DNA from: an uncultured Gemmataceae bacterium | GTDB taxonomy: Bacteria; Planctomycetota; Planctomycetia; Gemmatales; Gemmataceae | Assembly (NCBI GenBank): GCA_963750165.1 | Contig: CAVVPN010000011.1 | Coordinates: forward strand, 1,248,001-1,312,000 | Length of the DNA stretch: 64,000 nucleotides | Direction of reading: 5' to 3' | Shown here: piece by piece, positions 9,340 to 19,737 of the stretch | How the letters are laid out: every line of letters starts with the position of its first letter | Numbering within the stretch: the stretch's first letter is position 1 | Notes under the pieces: generated by a model | Database searches by the model: none | Seen by the model: only the letters and a program-made list of their open reading frames with translations | Told to the model about the DNA's origin: nothing | Program-made: the position numbers and the translations under genes

Positions 9340-10188
9340 TTACTCGCCGCGTTCGACTCGATTGATCAGTACGCCGATGCCGCTGATTTCGATGCTCACC
9401 AGATCGTCCGCGGCCAGCGAAAAATCGTCCGGCGGCACGATGCCGGTGCCGGTCAGCAGGATGACGCCGTGCGGAAAACTGTTGTCCTTGCCCAGCCAGG
9501 CGATCAGGTCGTCCAGCGGCCGGGCCATCTCCGCCAGCTTCGTGGCGCCGTCGAAAACGGTCTTGCCGAAGCGCTCGATGCGCAGGCGAATGGCGACCTC
9601 CGGCAGCGGTGGCATGGCCTCGCGCAGCGTCACCACCGGGCCGAGGGCACAGCACTGGTCGTAAACCTTCGCCTGCGGCAGGTACAGCGGATTCTCGCCC
9701 TCGATGTCGCGGGCGCTCATGTCGTTGCCGACGGTGAAGCCGACCAGCCGCAGCCGTGGCGTCAGCACCAGCGCCAGCTCCGGCTCCGGCACGCTCCATT
9801 TGCTGTCACGGCGAACGCGTACGCGCCCGCCCGAGCCCACGACGCGGTGCGGCGTCGCCTTGAGGAACAGCTCCGGCCGCGGTGCGCTGTACACCTTGTC
9901 GTAAAAGCTGGCGGCGCCCTGCGACTCGCGCTCGCGGGCCTCCTGGCTGCGCTTGTAGGTGACGCCCGCGGCCCAGACTTCCTGACGGTCGATGGGCGGC
10001 AGCAGCGTCACCTCGCTCAGCGGCAGCGATCCGGCCTCGTCATCAATCAGTTCGCGGGCGATACTCCGCGGGTCGTCGGCGTGTAGCACGTCGCTGAGCG
10101 AGCGCAGGTCGAGCAAGCGGACGTGGCTGTCCGCGACGACGCCGACTCGCACCTCGCCCGTCTCCAGCTGGGCCTTGCACAGTTGCAT
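9340..10188 (-). CDS. Fumarylacetoacetate hydrolase family protein (2-keto-3-deoxy-pentonate dehydratase-like)
   Basis: EVWAAGVTY, RPELFLK, VPEPEL, GNDMSARDIEGENPLYLPQAK, LLTGTGIVP. Confidence 0.9.
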   Translation of the reverse strand: MQLCKAQLETGEVRVGVVADSHVRLLDLRSLSDVLHADDPRSIARELIDDEAGSLPLSEVTLLPPIDRQEVWAAGVTYKRSQEARERESQGAASFYDKVYSAPRPELFLKATPHRVVGSGGRVRVRRDSKWSVPEPELALVLTPRLRLVGFTVGNDMSARDIEGENPLYLPQAKVYDQCCALGPVVTLREAMPPLPEVAIRLRIERFGKTVFDGATKLAEMARPLDDLIAWLGKDNSFPHGVILLTGTGIVPPDDFSLAADDLVSIEISGIGVLINRVERGE

Positions 10189-10215
10189 GGCTGCGTCCTC
10201 CCGGTCAAATGGGGA

Positions 10216-10279
10216 CCGTCCGAGCCCGAGCGCCAGCGCGGGGCAGCGCTGTCCCGCGCTGGCGCTCGGGCTCGGACGG
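10216..10279. repeat. REP-like near-perfect hairpin
   Basis: CCGTCCGAGCCCGAGCGCCAGCGCGGG...CCCGCGCTGGCGCTCGGGCTCGGACGG. Confidence 0.8.
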
Positions 10280-10285
10280 GACATG

Positions 10286-11281
10286 TCACAGCGTCACGAC
10301 CACCTTGCCCGTCAGCGTGCCCGCCTTGTGCAGCGTGTTCTCCTCCAGCAGCCGATGCGCCGCGGCCGTCTCCGCCAGCGGAAAGGTACGGCCGATGACC
10401 ACGCGCAGTTGCTTCTCCGCCAGCCAGCGGTTGATGTCCTCGGCAGCGCGGCGCTGCTCGTCCGGCGTGGCATTGAACATGGCGAAGCCGAACAGCGACA
10501 GGTCCTTCGGGTAGAACTGGCCCAGCGGAAAGATCGGCTGCGCCTGCCGCCCGGCCATGACGATCATGCGGCCGCGCCGCGCCAGCAGCGGCAGCGTCTT
10601 GACGAAGTCCGGCTCGCGCTGCGTCTCGTACCAAACGTTGACGCCCTGCTCCTTCGTGACCTGGCGAACCGCCGCAGGCACGTCATCGGTCCTGTAGTTG
10701 AGCACGTGCTCGATGCCCCAGCTCTTGCACAGGGCCGCCTTGTCCGTGGAGCCGACCGTGGTGATCGCGTGGGCGCCGACCGCCTTTGCCATCTGCACGA
10801 CCATCGAGCCGACGCCGCCGGTGCCGCCGTTGACGAACACCCATTCGCCCGGCTGCAAGCGGGCGCACTGGAACAGCCCCAGGTGTGCCGTGATGCCGGT
10901 GAGTGCCGCCGCCGCCGCGTCCGCATCGGCGACGCCCGCTGGCGTCGGATACAGGTAATCCTCGCTGACGCAGGCGAACTCCGCACAGGTGCCCTGGCGG
11001 CCGAGCAGACCCTGGTTGCTGCCCCAGACGCGATCACCCGCCTTGAAGCGCCGCGCCTGCGGCCCGACCGCCGTGACGGTGCCGGCCAGGTCGCTGCCGG
11101 TGACGAACGGCTTCGGCAGCGTCATGGCAACGTTGCCGGCGCGGACGTAGGTGTCGATCGGGTTGAGCGCCGCGGCGGCGACCTTGACCAGCACCTCGTT
11201 GCCCTGCGGCGTCGGCGTCGGCAGTTCGCCGATCTTGATGACGTCCGGCGGCCCGGTCTGCTCCAGGAATGCGGCCTTCAT
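10286..11281 (-). CDS. qor: NADPH:quinone reductase (zeta-crystallin/MDR family)
   Basis: LNPIDTYVRAG, GSDLAGTV, VNGGTGGVG, C-terminal GKVVV. Confidence 0.9.
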   Translation of the reverse strand: MKAAFLEQTGPPDVIKIGELPTPTPQGNEVLVKVAAAALNPIDTYVRAGNVAMTLPKPFVTGSDLAGTVTAVGPQARRFKAGDRVWGSNQGLLGRQGTCAEFACVSEDYLYPTPAGVADADAAAAALTGITAHLGLFQCARLQPGEWVFVNGGTGGVGSMVVQMAKAVGAHAITTVGSTDKAALCKSWGIEHVLNYRTDDVPAAVRQVTKEQGVNVWYETQREPDFVKTLPLLARRGRMIVMAGRQAQPIFPLGQFYPKDLSLFGFAMFNATPDEQRRAAEDINRWLAEKQLRVVIGRTFPLAETAAAHRLLEENTLHKAGTLTGKVVVTL

Positions 11282-11388
11282 CGCGTGTCCCCCTTGGTCG
11301 CGGTGCGAGCGGACAGGGGTAGTTGTACAAACGCCAACGGGGAACGCCATGAGGCGCCCCCCGTTGCCGTGGTCGTGCCAGCCGGCCG

Positions 11389-12453
11389 CTATTTCCGGGC
11401 GCCGGTCAGCGCCGGCACCGACCACAACTGCACGTCGTTGCCGACCGCGACGGCGAGGGTGCTGCCGCTGGGCGAAAACGCCAGCGTCTTCACGTCGTTG
11501 ACGGGCAGCACGGCCACCTCCTTGCCGCCCGCCGTGTCCCAGAGCACCGTGCGCGCGTCCTCGCTGTTGCCGCCACGGGGACCAGGCCCGGCCGCCGTCG
11601 CCAGCCAGCGGCCGTCGGCGGACAGGGCCGCCGCGGTGCCACGCCCCTTGAAGACGCGCCGCGCCACCTTCTGTCCCGGGTCGAGCACGGCGACCTGACT
11701 GTACGCGGTGCTCTTCACGGTATTGCCCTGCACCCGCACGTCCGACCCCACGCCCGCCACCACGCCCACCCGGCCGTCGGCGGACAGCGCCACCGTGCTG
11801 CCGCGCGCCTCGAACTGCCGCAGTTCCCGGTCTGTGTCCACGTCCCAGAGCCGCGCCGGCGCCGTCCGGTCGATGGCGACGAGATTATTGCCGAGCTGAA
11901 GCGTTTCGGTGGTTTTGCCGCCGGAGAGCAGCCGCTTGCCGTCGGCGCTGACGGCCAGTGCCGTCACGCGGTCCTTCTCCAGCCGCAGCGTCCGCACCGC
12001 CCTTCCGGTCGCCGTCTCCCAGAAGCGAATGGTCCGGTCGCGGCTGCCCGAGACGAGCACCGTGCCGCCCTGCGTGAAGGCCAGCGCGTTCACCAGGTCG
12101 GTGTGGCCTTCGAGCTGGCGCAGTTGCTTCCCGGCGGTCGCGTCCCAGAGCCGGATGAAGCCGTCGCGGGCGCTGGCCAGCACGGTGCCGTCCGGACTAA
12201 GCGCCACGGTGATCCCCGGCCCCGCGTGGCCATCCAGGGTGTGCAGCAGTTTGCCGGTGGGCACGTGCCAGAGCCGCACGACACCGTCGGCGCCGCCCGT
12301 CGCCAGGGTGCGGCCGTCGCCGCTGAAGGCCAGGCAGGTGACATCTTTGGTGTGCCCCTTCAGCACGCGCTCCGGGGCCTGCGGTTGTGCGTCGGCCCGG
12401 CTCGCGGCGAGACAGATGAGGACCAGAGCGGTACAGGACCAGTGCGGTCGCAT
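11389..12453 (-). CDS. Secreted WD40-repeat protein
   Basis: Signal peptide; GH...LAFS.DG..LATG..D..VRLW repeats. Confidence 0.9.
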   Translation of the reverse strand: MRPHWSCTALVLICLAASRADAQPQAPERVLKGHTKDVTCLAFSGDGRTLATGGADGVVRLWHVPTGKLLHTLDGHAGPGITVALSPDGTVLASARDGFIRLWDATAGKQLRQLEGHTDLVNALAFTQGGTVLVSGSRDRTIRFWETATGRAVRTLRLEKDRVTALAVSADGKRLLSGGKTTETLQLGNNLVAIDRTAPARLWDVDTDRELRQFEARGSTVALSADGRVGVVAGVGSDVRVQGNTVKSTAYSQVAVLDPGQKVARRVFKGRGTAAALSADGRWLATAAGPGPRGGNSEDARTVLWDTAGGKEVAVLPVNDVKTLAFSPSGSTLAVAVGNDVQLWSVPALTGARK

Positions 12454-12497
12454 GAGAAACCTCCTCGCGGTCCAACGGGTGCGGAGTGGGAAGTCCA

Positions 12498-13103
12498 TCA
12501 GGGGAGCAGCTCGGCCACCGGCAGCGTCGCCACGGTGGCGCCGTCGAGCACCAGCAGCAGATCGGCACCGGGGGCGAAGTGGTCGCAGCGGGCGAACGCG
12601 GGCGCCGGCGCCGGGCCGGACGGTTGCGTGAAGACCTCGACGCGGCGGTCGGGCAGGTTGACGATCCAGTAAACCACCACGCCGGCGCGGGCATAGATGC
12701 GGGCCTTGTCCGTGCGGTCGGTCGCCAGGGTCGAGTCAGCGACTTCAACAACGAGGCCGAGGTCAACGGGACCAGGGTGCCGCGCCACGTAAGTGCGTAA
12801 TGACCCCCGAGCGATCACCACGTCCGGCTCCGGTTCGCTGTCCGCCAACGTAATCGCGGACTGGATGCGCGACGTCCAGCCGACGGGGATGGTTGCGTTC
12901 AGCGCGGCCGCAACGAGCTGGATCGCGGCGTCGTGGGGCGGGTTGTGAGCCATCTTGAGTACCACATCACCTTCGAGCAACTCCACCGCGTCATCCTCGG
13001 TGAGGATACCCGTTTCGATCATGCGGTGGTATTCATCAACCGTGAACCGGCGGAAGGAGCGATTCCCTCCCCCGGTCGGACGGCTGACCGGCGGACTGGC
13101 CAT
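12498..13103 (-). CDS. Uma2 family (DUF820) putative endonuclease
   Basis: RRFTVDEYHRM, ELLEG, EPEPD, LVVEVADST, YWIVNL. Confidence 0.9.
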   Translation of the reverse strand: MASPPVSRPTGGGNRSFRRFTVDEYHRMIETGILTEDDAVELLEGDVVLKMAHNPPHDAAIQLVAAALNATIPVGWTSRIQSAITLADSEPEPDVVIARGSLRTYVARHPGPVDLGLVVEVADSTLATDRTDKARIYARAGVVVYWIVNLPDRRVEVFTQPSGPAPAPAFARCDHFAPGADLLLVLDGATVATLPVAELLP

Positions 13104-13240
13104 AAACACCTCCTTTGTGCATGCGCGTCATCCTTTCCTCACCCCGCCCTGGGTGCCCGGATCAGATCACTCCGGCTCATCAACGCGATGGGGGGGCCGA
13201 GTCACCTCGCCCCCCCATGATAAACCAGTGACCGTGGCCG

Positions 13241-14277
13241 TCAATCGTGCTGGTTCCCGGGCGCCGACCGCCGGCCTTTGCGCCAGCGCCACCCGAGCAG
13301 TGACGCGCCGCCGAGGACGAGCAGGGCCATGGAGGATGGCTCTGGCGCAGGCGCCCGAAACCGCTTCCGGACGGGCCGGTCAGGCGCAGCACACTGTCGG
13401 TCTGCGTGATGAACAGCGAGCCGTCGTTCGGGTCCACGTTCACCAGGTCGCCGCGCGAGCCGCCGCTGGCGATGAGCGTTGTCGCCAGTGTCGTCAGGTT
13501 GATCTCCACCAGGGTGCCCTGGTTGGTGTTGACGAACAGGTTGCCCGCCAGGGCGCCGTAGCCCACCGCCGTCCCGTCCGGGTCGCCGTAGGCTGCAAGG
13601 GAGCCCGAATTGAATACCTGCGCCCCCGTGGTGGCGTTGAACCCCAGGATGTTGTCGCCCCCGCTGGCGTTCTGGGCGGCGTACAGAGTGTTGGTCGTCG
13701 GGTCGTAAGTCAGGCCGTCGGCGTGGTCGGTGTTGAGGACCGTGGCCACCCCCGTCGAGGGGTTGAGGTCGTAAATGGCCCCCAGGTAGGTGGAGACGAA
13801 AAGGTGCCCGGTGTTGGGGTTGGCCGCCAGGGCGACCGGGTTGGTGAACGCCGCGACGAACGCACCAGGGGTCCCGTTGGCGTTCAGTTGGACCACCTGA
13901 TTCAGGCCCGCCTGGGCCATGTACATCGTGTTGCCAATCTGGGCGATGCCGCCGACGGTGTTGTTGCCGCTGACGACCACCGGGCTGACGCTGCCCGCGC
14001 TCTGGCCGTTGTTGGCGTTCAGGAAGTTATACACGTAGCTGGGGCCGGACCCCTCCACGCTGACCAGGACGTTGCCGCCCGGCGCGAAGCCGATGCCGAT
14101 GGGGCCGAGGCCGTCGCCCCGGTTCGAGAAGCCCGAAGCGAAGGTCGTCAGGTTGAGGCCCTGAGCCGTACCGGCGGCCGTCAGCACCATGCCGGCCGCG
14201 GCGGTGCCCGGCACGGCGAACAGGGCGGCCACCGCCACCACCAGGGCCAGGCCGCGTTTCACGAATGTCCCTACCAT
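13241..14277 (-). CDS. PEP-CTERM sorting-domain surface protein (beta-propeller-like); apparent frameshift near 13357
   Basis: Signal peptide, Thr/Gly/Asn-rich body; alternate frame ends APAPEPSSMALLVLGGASLLGWRWRKGRRSAPGNQHD* (PEP motif, TM helix, basic tail). Confidence 0.85.
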
Positions 14278-14704
14278 TCCAGTCCTTTCCGCCGGCCGTG
14301 CCGGCGCGTACGGCTTGCGCCACGCACAATCGTGGCAGCACCGTGAACGTCGATCTGCGCGGGACATTCCGGGAGGGGTGGCGCAAGAAAAAACGGCGCA
14401 CCGAGGCTACCTTCTCAGAAGGTCACCGCGGGGCACCGCGAATGTGATTGTCTGGAGAAGAGGGGGTGAGTCAACAGAAAAATCGCTTTTTTGAAAGCAA
14501 TTGAGGGAAAGAACTCGCGTATTTCATCCAGGGGAGCAGTCGGGCGGGAAGAAGATGGTGGGAGAGCCAGCGCTCCATCGGGGTGGAAGCGGGCCCGATC
14601 GCGCCCGACTCCCCCACCTTCGTCCCGGCAACCGGGTAGATCAAACCGCACCCTTTCGGAGGGGTCGCAAAGAGTCCGCAACCTCTCAGCCATTTTCCCT
14701 ACTA

Positions 14705-14722
14705 TAGCAAGCAAGGTGCCAA
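14705..14722 (-). promoter_or_regulatory. Sigma54 (-24/-12) promoter candidate
   Basis: TTGGCACCTTGCTTGCTA on the minus strand matches TGGCAC-N5-TTGC. Confidence 0.65.
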
Positions 14723-14840
14723 ATCTTACTGGCTTCTCAGTAGCGAGCGTAATTGGGCGTAACTGGGATGTGAGTAAAGAATTGCACCTGAGGCCGCTAT
14801 CGGGGCCGTGGCTGCCGAAGCACTCATCTATGGTCGCGCA

Positions 14841-16286
14841 TCATTCAGCCTGGTTGTCGTCCGACCAGACCGACCGCTCGATGGTGATGTGCAAAGTGCG
14901 AATCTTGGTCCGCAGACTGCCGCGCGTGATGCCCAGGATGCGGGCCGCCTGGACCTGGTTGCCCTGCGTGTGTTGCAGTACCGCCGTGACCAGCTGCCGT
15001 TCCATCAGCGCCAGTGTCTCCGCGTACAGGTCTTCCGAGCCCGCCCGCAGTCGCTCCTGGATGAATGAGCCCAGGTCGGCAGTGCCGTTCGCCGCGGGCC
15101 GCTCGGGGGCCTTCTCCGGATGACGCACGGCCGGCGGCAAGAAGTCCGGCACCAGCACCGTGCCGGTTGCCTGCAACAGCGCCTGTTTCAGCACGCTCTG
15201 CAGCTCGCGGACGTTGCCGGGCCACGGGTAGCGACGCAGCAGTTCCAGCGCCTCCGGCGCAACGCGCTGGATGTCCTTGCCGAGTTCGTGGCCGAAGCGG
15301 CGCAGCAGATGTTCGACCAGCAGCGGCAAATCCTCCTGGCGTTCACGCAACGGCGGCAGCTTGATGGTGAAGACATTGAGGCGGTAGTACAGGTCAAGGC
15401 GGAACTGCTCCTCGGCGACCAGGTCGGCCAGGTCGGCGTTGGTGGCGAAGATGAGTCGCACGTTCGTTTGAATCGTTTCCTGGCCGCCGACGCGCTCGAA
15501 CTTCTGCTCCTGCAGCAGCCGCAGCAGCTTGCTCTGCGTCAACAGCGGCATGTCGCCGATTTCGTCCAGGAACAGCGTGCCACCGCTGCACTGCTCGAAC
15601 TTGCCGATGCGGCGGCGGTCGGCGCCGGTGAACGCTCCTTTTTCGTGGCCGAACAGCTCGCTCTCCAGCAGCGTCTCGGGGATGGCGGCGCAGTTGATCG
15701 CCAGGAAGGGTTTGTCGGCGCGGCGGCTGTGCTGGTAGATGGCGCGGGCGACAAGCTCCTTACCGGTGCCGCTCTCGCCGAGCAGCAGCACGGTCACGTC
15801 CTGCGAGGCGACCCGGCCGATAGCCTTGTAGACCTCCTGCATGGCAGTGCAGCGGCCGACGAGCACATCGGAGCGTTCCGGCGCGGGCGAATCGGCGGGC
15901 AGCACCGCCGGGACATGGGCCAGCCGGCTGATTTCCAGGGCACGGCCGATCAACTCGCGCAGGACGGGCAGCTCCAGCGGCTTCAGCAGGTAGTCGAAGG
16001 CACCGAGCTTCATGGCCTCGATGGCGGTGTCGGTGGTGCCATGACCGGTGATGAAGATGACGGGGAGGCGGGCGTCGTGCTGCTGAATGGTACGGAAGGT
16101 TTGCAGGCCGGGCTGATCGGGCAGGCTCAGATCGAGGATGACCACATCGGGCGGTTGCCGGGCCACCAGGTCGAGGCCCTCGGCGGCGGTGGAGGCGGTC
16201 AGCACGGTCAGCGGCGGATCGCGGAACGCCTTGCGAAAGGCGTGCAGGATGGAGGTGTCGTCGTCGATGACCAGCAGGGTTGGCAT
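14841..16286 (-). CDS. Sigma54-dependent response regulator (NtrC family: receiver, AAA+, Fis HTH)
   Basis: VIDDD receiver, [42 protein letters not shown]. Confidence 0.95.
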   Translation of the reverse strand: MPTLLVIDDDTSILHAFRKAFRDPPLTVLTASTAAEGLDLVARQPPDVVILDLSLPDQPGLQTFRTIQQHDARLPVIFITGHGTTDTAIEAMKLGAFDYLLKPLELPVLRELIGRALEISRLAHVPAVLPADSPAPERSDVLVGRCTAMQEVYKAIGRVASQDVTVLLLGESGTGKELVARAIYQHSRRADKPFLAINCAAIPETLLESELFGHEKGAFTGADRRRIGKFEQCSGGTLFLDEIGDMPLLTQSKLLRLLQEQKFERVGGQETIQTNVRLIFATNADLADLVAEEQFRLDLYYRLNVFTIKLPPLRERQEDLPLLVEHLLRRFGHELGKDIQRVAPEALELLRRYPWPGNVRELQSVLKQALLQATGTVLVPDFLPPAVRHPEKAPERPAANGTADLGSFIQERLRAGSEDLYAETLALMERQLVTAVLQHTQGNQVQAARILGITRGSLRTKIRTLHITIERSVWSDDNQAE

Positions 16287-16312
16287 GGGGTGACCTATTA
16301 AACGCATTCTCT

Positions 16313-16411
16313 GCGAGCGGGGTCGCGTCAGCGCCCGGTGCGTGATGGCGAGCGGGGTCGCGTCAGCGCCCCGTGCGTGTGCCACGGGGCGCTGACGCGA
16401 CCCCCGCTCGC
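16313..16411. repeat. REP-like element: two direct copies plus one inverted copy
   Basis: Unit CGAGCGGGGTCGCGTCAGCGCCC; same family as 44607-44664. Confidence 0.85.
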
Positions 16412-16415
16412 CGGT

Positions 16416-17773
16416 TCATCCGCTTGCGCCGCGCTGCAACTGCTTAACCTCCTCCTGGCACCGCGCCGCCAGTTCGTCCAGGCCGAGGCCGCGATGACAT
16501 TTTAGCAGATCGGTCAACACCGCCGCAAACTGGTGCCGCGGTAGCAGCCCCTGCTCCTGCTGCGCCGAGCGCAGCTGCTCCAGGCACTCGCGCGCGCAGC
16601 GCAGATCGCCGCGGCCCAGAAATGCCTGGCCGAGCAGCCGCAGGATGCGCGCCCGCGCAGGTCGAGCGTCACCCACTCCGCCGGCCGGTGGATGTCGAGC
16701 CGGTCGATCACGTCGCCAAACGCGCGGCGACCGAGCAGGCGACGGGCGTCGCGCACCAGGTCCTCGCCGTTGTCGTCGCTGACCGGCGGCGGCAGGCGCT
16801 CGGCGCCGTCGGCCTGCTCCAGCGGCGGCGGCACCGGGATGGTCGGGTCGATGGGCGGCAGCTCACCGCCGGCCTCGCACGTCTCGATGGCCTCCAGCAG
16901 CTGGCCGGCGTCGCGGAAGCGCAGCACTGGGTTGTTGTCCAGGCAGCGCAGGATCAACGCATCGAGCCAGCGGTGGTCGAAGCGGATCTCGTTCTGCACG
17001 TCGGACGGTGGCGGAAACTGCAGCGTCATCTTGAGGCGGTAGCGATCCTCCTGGCGCGGGTCGTCCGCGGGGTCGGGCCACGGGGCGGTCAGGTGCGGGC
17101 CGCCGCCGGTGAACAGTTCGTACATGAGTAGACCAAGGCCGTACACGTCCGCGGCGGGCGTGGAGCGGCCCTGTAGCGTCTCGGGCGCCATGTAGGTGTA
17201 GGTGCCGTGGGCGCCCGGCACGAAGCCGAGGCGCGGGTCGGCGAAGGATGCCAGGCCGAAATCGACCAGGCGCACGACGCCGCCGCGGTCGATGAGCACG
17301 TTGTCCGGCTTGAGGTCGCGGTGGACCGCCCCCTGGGCATGGACGACCGCGAGGCCGCGGCAGATTTCCTTGACGTAGCGCAGGCCGGTGGCGACGCCGA
17401 GGCGGCCCGCGGCCTGGATGTGCGCCAGCAGTGGGTGGCCGTCGATGTATTCCATGACGAGGAAGCCGCGGCCGTCGTGCTCGGGCAGGAGGCCCATGTC
17501 GTAGATGGGGACGAGGTGCTGCCGGCCCTCGCGCGGCCCGCCGGCGATGAGGCGGGCCAGCGTCAGCGCGTCGCTGAACAGCCGCGGGGCGTTCTGCTCG
17601 GTCAGGCCGGTCTGCCGCGAGATTTTCACCGCGACGGGGCGGACGAACTGGCTGCAGAAGAACTGCTCGGCGCGGAAGACGGTACCGAAGGCGCCGCGGG
17701 CGTGGACCTGCACGAGGCGGTACCTGTCCGCAATGACACGGCCCAGCAGGCGGTCTTCAAAGGGGGTGTTCAC
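16416..17773 (-). CDS. Ser/Thr protein kinase with C-terminal TPR-like helices; apparent frameshift near 16653
   Basis: RGAFGTV, VAVK, HRDLKPDN, DFG, YMAPE; helical tail continues in the 16416..16676 frame. Confidence 0.9.
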
Positions 17774-17831
17774 GGCGGTGGTCTGTTTTCTTTCTGCCGC
17801 AAGCGGTAGCGTTTAACGGTGCGGTCTCTGG

Positions 17832-18308
17832 TTACTTCTTTCCGCGCTTGAACGTCAAGGTGATGGCCGTTTCGTCCTTCCAGGACGTAACGGCTTTGCC
17901 TCCCGGCCCAGGCATTGCCATTTTGAGGGTGTCCCTATCCAGTTGGTACACGCCTTTCATGACGTGTTCAAACTTTTCTTCGCCCTTGTCGCTCTTCTTG
18001 GTCGCCACGGTGCGAATGGTGATCTGCCGGGGGGTTTTCTTGACATCGATGTCAAAGGTGGCGGGGGGCGATTTTTGCTCCTTGCCATCCCGCGAACTCA
18101 CAAAGAACAGCTTCCCCTGCTGGATCTCCAAATTCACCTTGTTCAGTTTTTCCCTGGGCATGCCCTTGAGGGTTGCCGACTCGAACACCCAGGTGCCTTG
18201 CAATTTCAACAGGTCATTGGTCTTGTCCTGGATTTCCTGCGTCTGCCCCGCCAGGCCCGCCGCGGAAACCAGCACGACCGCTACGCCGACCAAATTTCGC
18301 CAACGCAT
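17832..18308 (-). CDS. TIGR03067 planctomycete domain protein
   Basis: Signal peptide, DLLKLQGTW, IDVKKTPRQITI, GVYQLDRDTLK. Confidence 0.85.
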   Translation of the reverse strand: MRWRNLVGVAVVLVSAAGLAGQTQEIQDKTNDLLKLQGTWVFESATLKGMPREKLNKVNLEIQQGKLFFVSSRDGKEQKSPPATFDIDVKKTPRQITIRTVATKKSDKGEEKFEHVMKGVYQLDRDTLKMAMPGPGGKAVTSWKDETAITLTFKRGKK

Positions 18309-18319
18309 GATGGCTCTCC

Positions 18320-18456
18320 TCATTGCTTGACGCGCTCCACATTCATTCCGCTGTACTCCACCAGTTGCCAGGTGCCCTGGAGTTTTTTCAGTTCGTCCGC
18401 GTTGGCGTCGCCGCCCGGGCCGCCACCAGCACCGCCGCCGTCATCACTCGCCGCAT
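18320..18456 (-). pseudogene. Truncated second TIGR03067 gene
   Basis: MRRVMTAAVLVAA / GGDANADELKKLQGTWQLVEYSGMNVERVKQ* across two frames. Confidence 0.55.
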
Positions 18457-18536
18457 GGTCGAATCTCCGAGGTTTCGAGTTCCGTTCACCCCATCATGCG
18501 ACCGCCGCGCCGCTCCGTCCAGAGAAATAACGCACG

Positions 18537-19058
18537 TCAGCCGCCGCCGTTGGCCGTTAACCCCGGCACGGCCAGCACACTATACGTCCAACCGACCGGC
18601 CGGCCGTCGCGGTACGGCATGACGCCGTGAAACTGGCCCGCGTCCGCCGCGAACACCAGCGGTACGAAATAACGGTCGCCCTCCCACAACGGCAGCTCCA
18701 GGATGCGCTCGACCTCGACCCACTCCAGCGTCCCTTCCGCGTTCTCGGTGCGCGGCGTGCCGTGCCAGCGGTCGATGCGAAAGATGAAGCCGAACCAGTC
18801 CTCGCCGCCCTTGCCGAAGCCCGGCCAGCTAATCGTCCCGCGTAGCAAAAGCTCGTCGCACTCAATGTCGGCTTCCTCGCGGATTTCGCGGCGGAGGCAG
18901 GCGACCACGTCCTCATCGGCGTGTAGTTTGCCGCCGAGGCCGTTGTACTTGCCGAGGTGGGCGTCGTCGGGCCGGCGGTTGCGGTGGACGAGCAGCACGC
19001 GGCGGCGGTCCGGCGACAGGACGTATCCAAGCGTGGCAACAATGGGAGTGTACGGCAT
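18537..19058 (-). CDS. Nudix hydrolase (8-oxo-dGTP diphosphatase-like)
   Basis: NGLGGK...REIREE Nudix box, EGTLEW, LWEGD. Confidence 0.9.
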   Translation of the reverse strand: MPYTPIVATLGYVLSPDRRRVLLVHRNRRPDDAHLGKYNGLGGKLHADEDVVACLRREIREEADIECDELLLRGTISWPGFGKGGEDWFGFIFRIDRWHGTPRTENAEGTLEWVEVERILELPLWEGDRYFVPLVFAADAGQFHGVMPYRDGRPVGWTYSVLAVPGLTANGGG

Positions 19059-19528
19059 CAGCGCGTGAAGTTCTGGGTGTTGAAGTAGTATTCCTGGTCC
19101 GCGTCGCGGCCGGGCCACAGAAATTCCGCCAGCCGTCGCACTGCTTCCTGCGCGGCATCCAGGTCGCGGAACAGCGCCGGCTGATAGGGCTGTCCGGGCC
19201 GCCGTTCGCAGGCGACCCAGGCGAACTCCCCGGCGCACAGACGCACCACGAAGCCGGCCGGCTGGGCGACGGCCTCCAGCGGGCTGCGTTCCGCGGCGGC
19301 GGCTGATTCGAGCGCACCGTGCAACCGGCGGGCGACGCCGGCGGCCTCATCGCGGCCGAAGTCGGCGAACGGCGAGCGTACCGACTCGGCGTCGGCGCGC
19401 AGGGCGAGCAGGTCCCAGGCCAGGGCGCGGGGCCGCAAGATGACGAGGGTGCGGCGCCCCGGTGGCACCAGAATGCCCAGAGCGGTCGGCCCCGCCCGGC
19501 TGTCCTCGACACGACGAAACGCGGCCAT
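19058..19528 (-). CDS. Hypothetical protein coupled to the Nudix gene
   Basis: 156 aa ORF with RBS GGAGAG; stop overlaps the Nudix start. Confidence 0.75.
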   Translation of the reverse strand: MAAFRRVEDSRAGPTALGILVPPGRRTLVILRPRALAWDLLALRADAESVRSPFADFGRDEAAGVARRLHGALESAAAAERSPLEAVAQPAGFVVRLCAGEFAWVACERRPGQPYQPALFRDLDAAQEAVRRLAEFLWPGRDADQEYYFNTQNFTR

Positions 19529-19546
19529 ACGAACGCTCTCCCAAAG

Positions 19547-19656
19547 AAGGATTCACCACAAAGACACGAAGAGCACAAAGGAAGACCAGTGACAGGAACA
19601 AATCCATTTTCCTTGTCTTTTCCTTTGTGTCCTCTGTGACTTTGTGGTGAATCCTT
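19547..19656. repeat. 9-nt-periodic intergenic palindrome
   Basis: AAGGATTCACCACAAAGACACGAAGAGCACAAAGG...CCTTTGTGTCCTCTGTGACTTTGTGGTGAATCCTT. Confidence 0.8.
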
Positions 19657-19737
19657 TTTCAATTGGCCCCATTGTAACGTCGCGCTTCACCTGCGACAAT
19701 CACCCAACCGCCCGCGTCATCGCAAGGAGTCAACCTG

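Noticed and set aside
14415..14714. 99-aa ORF in the intergenic region
   Set aside because: Atypical composition and codon use, and it overlaps the sigma54 box; treated as non-coding
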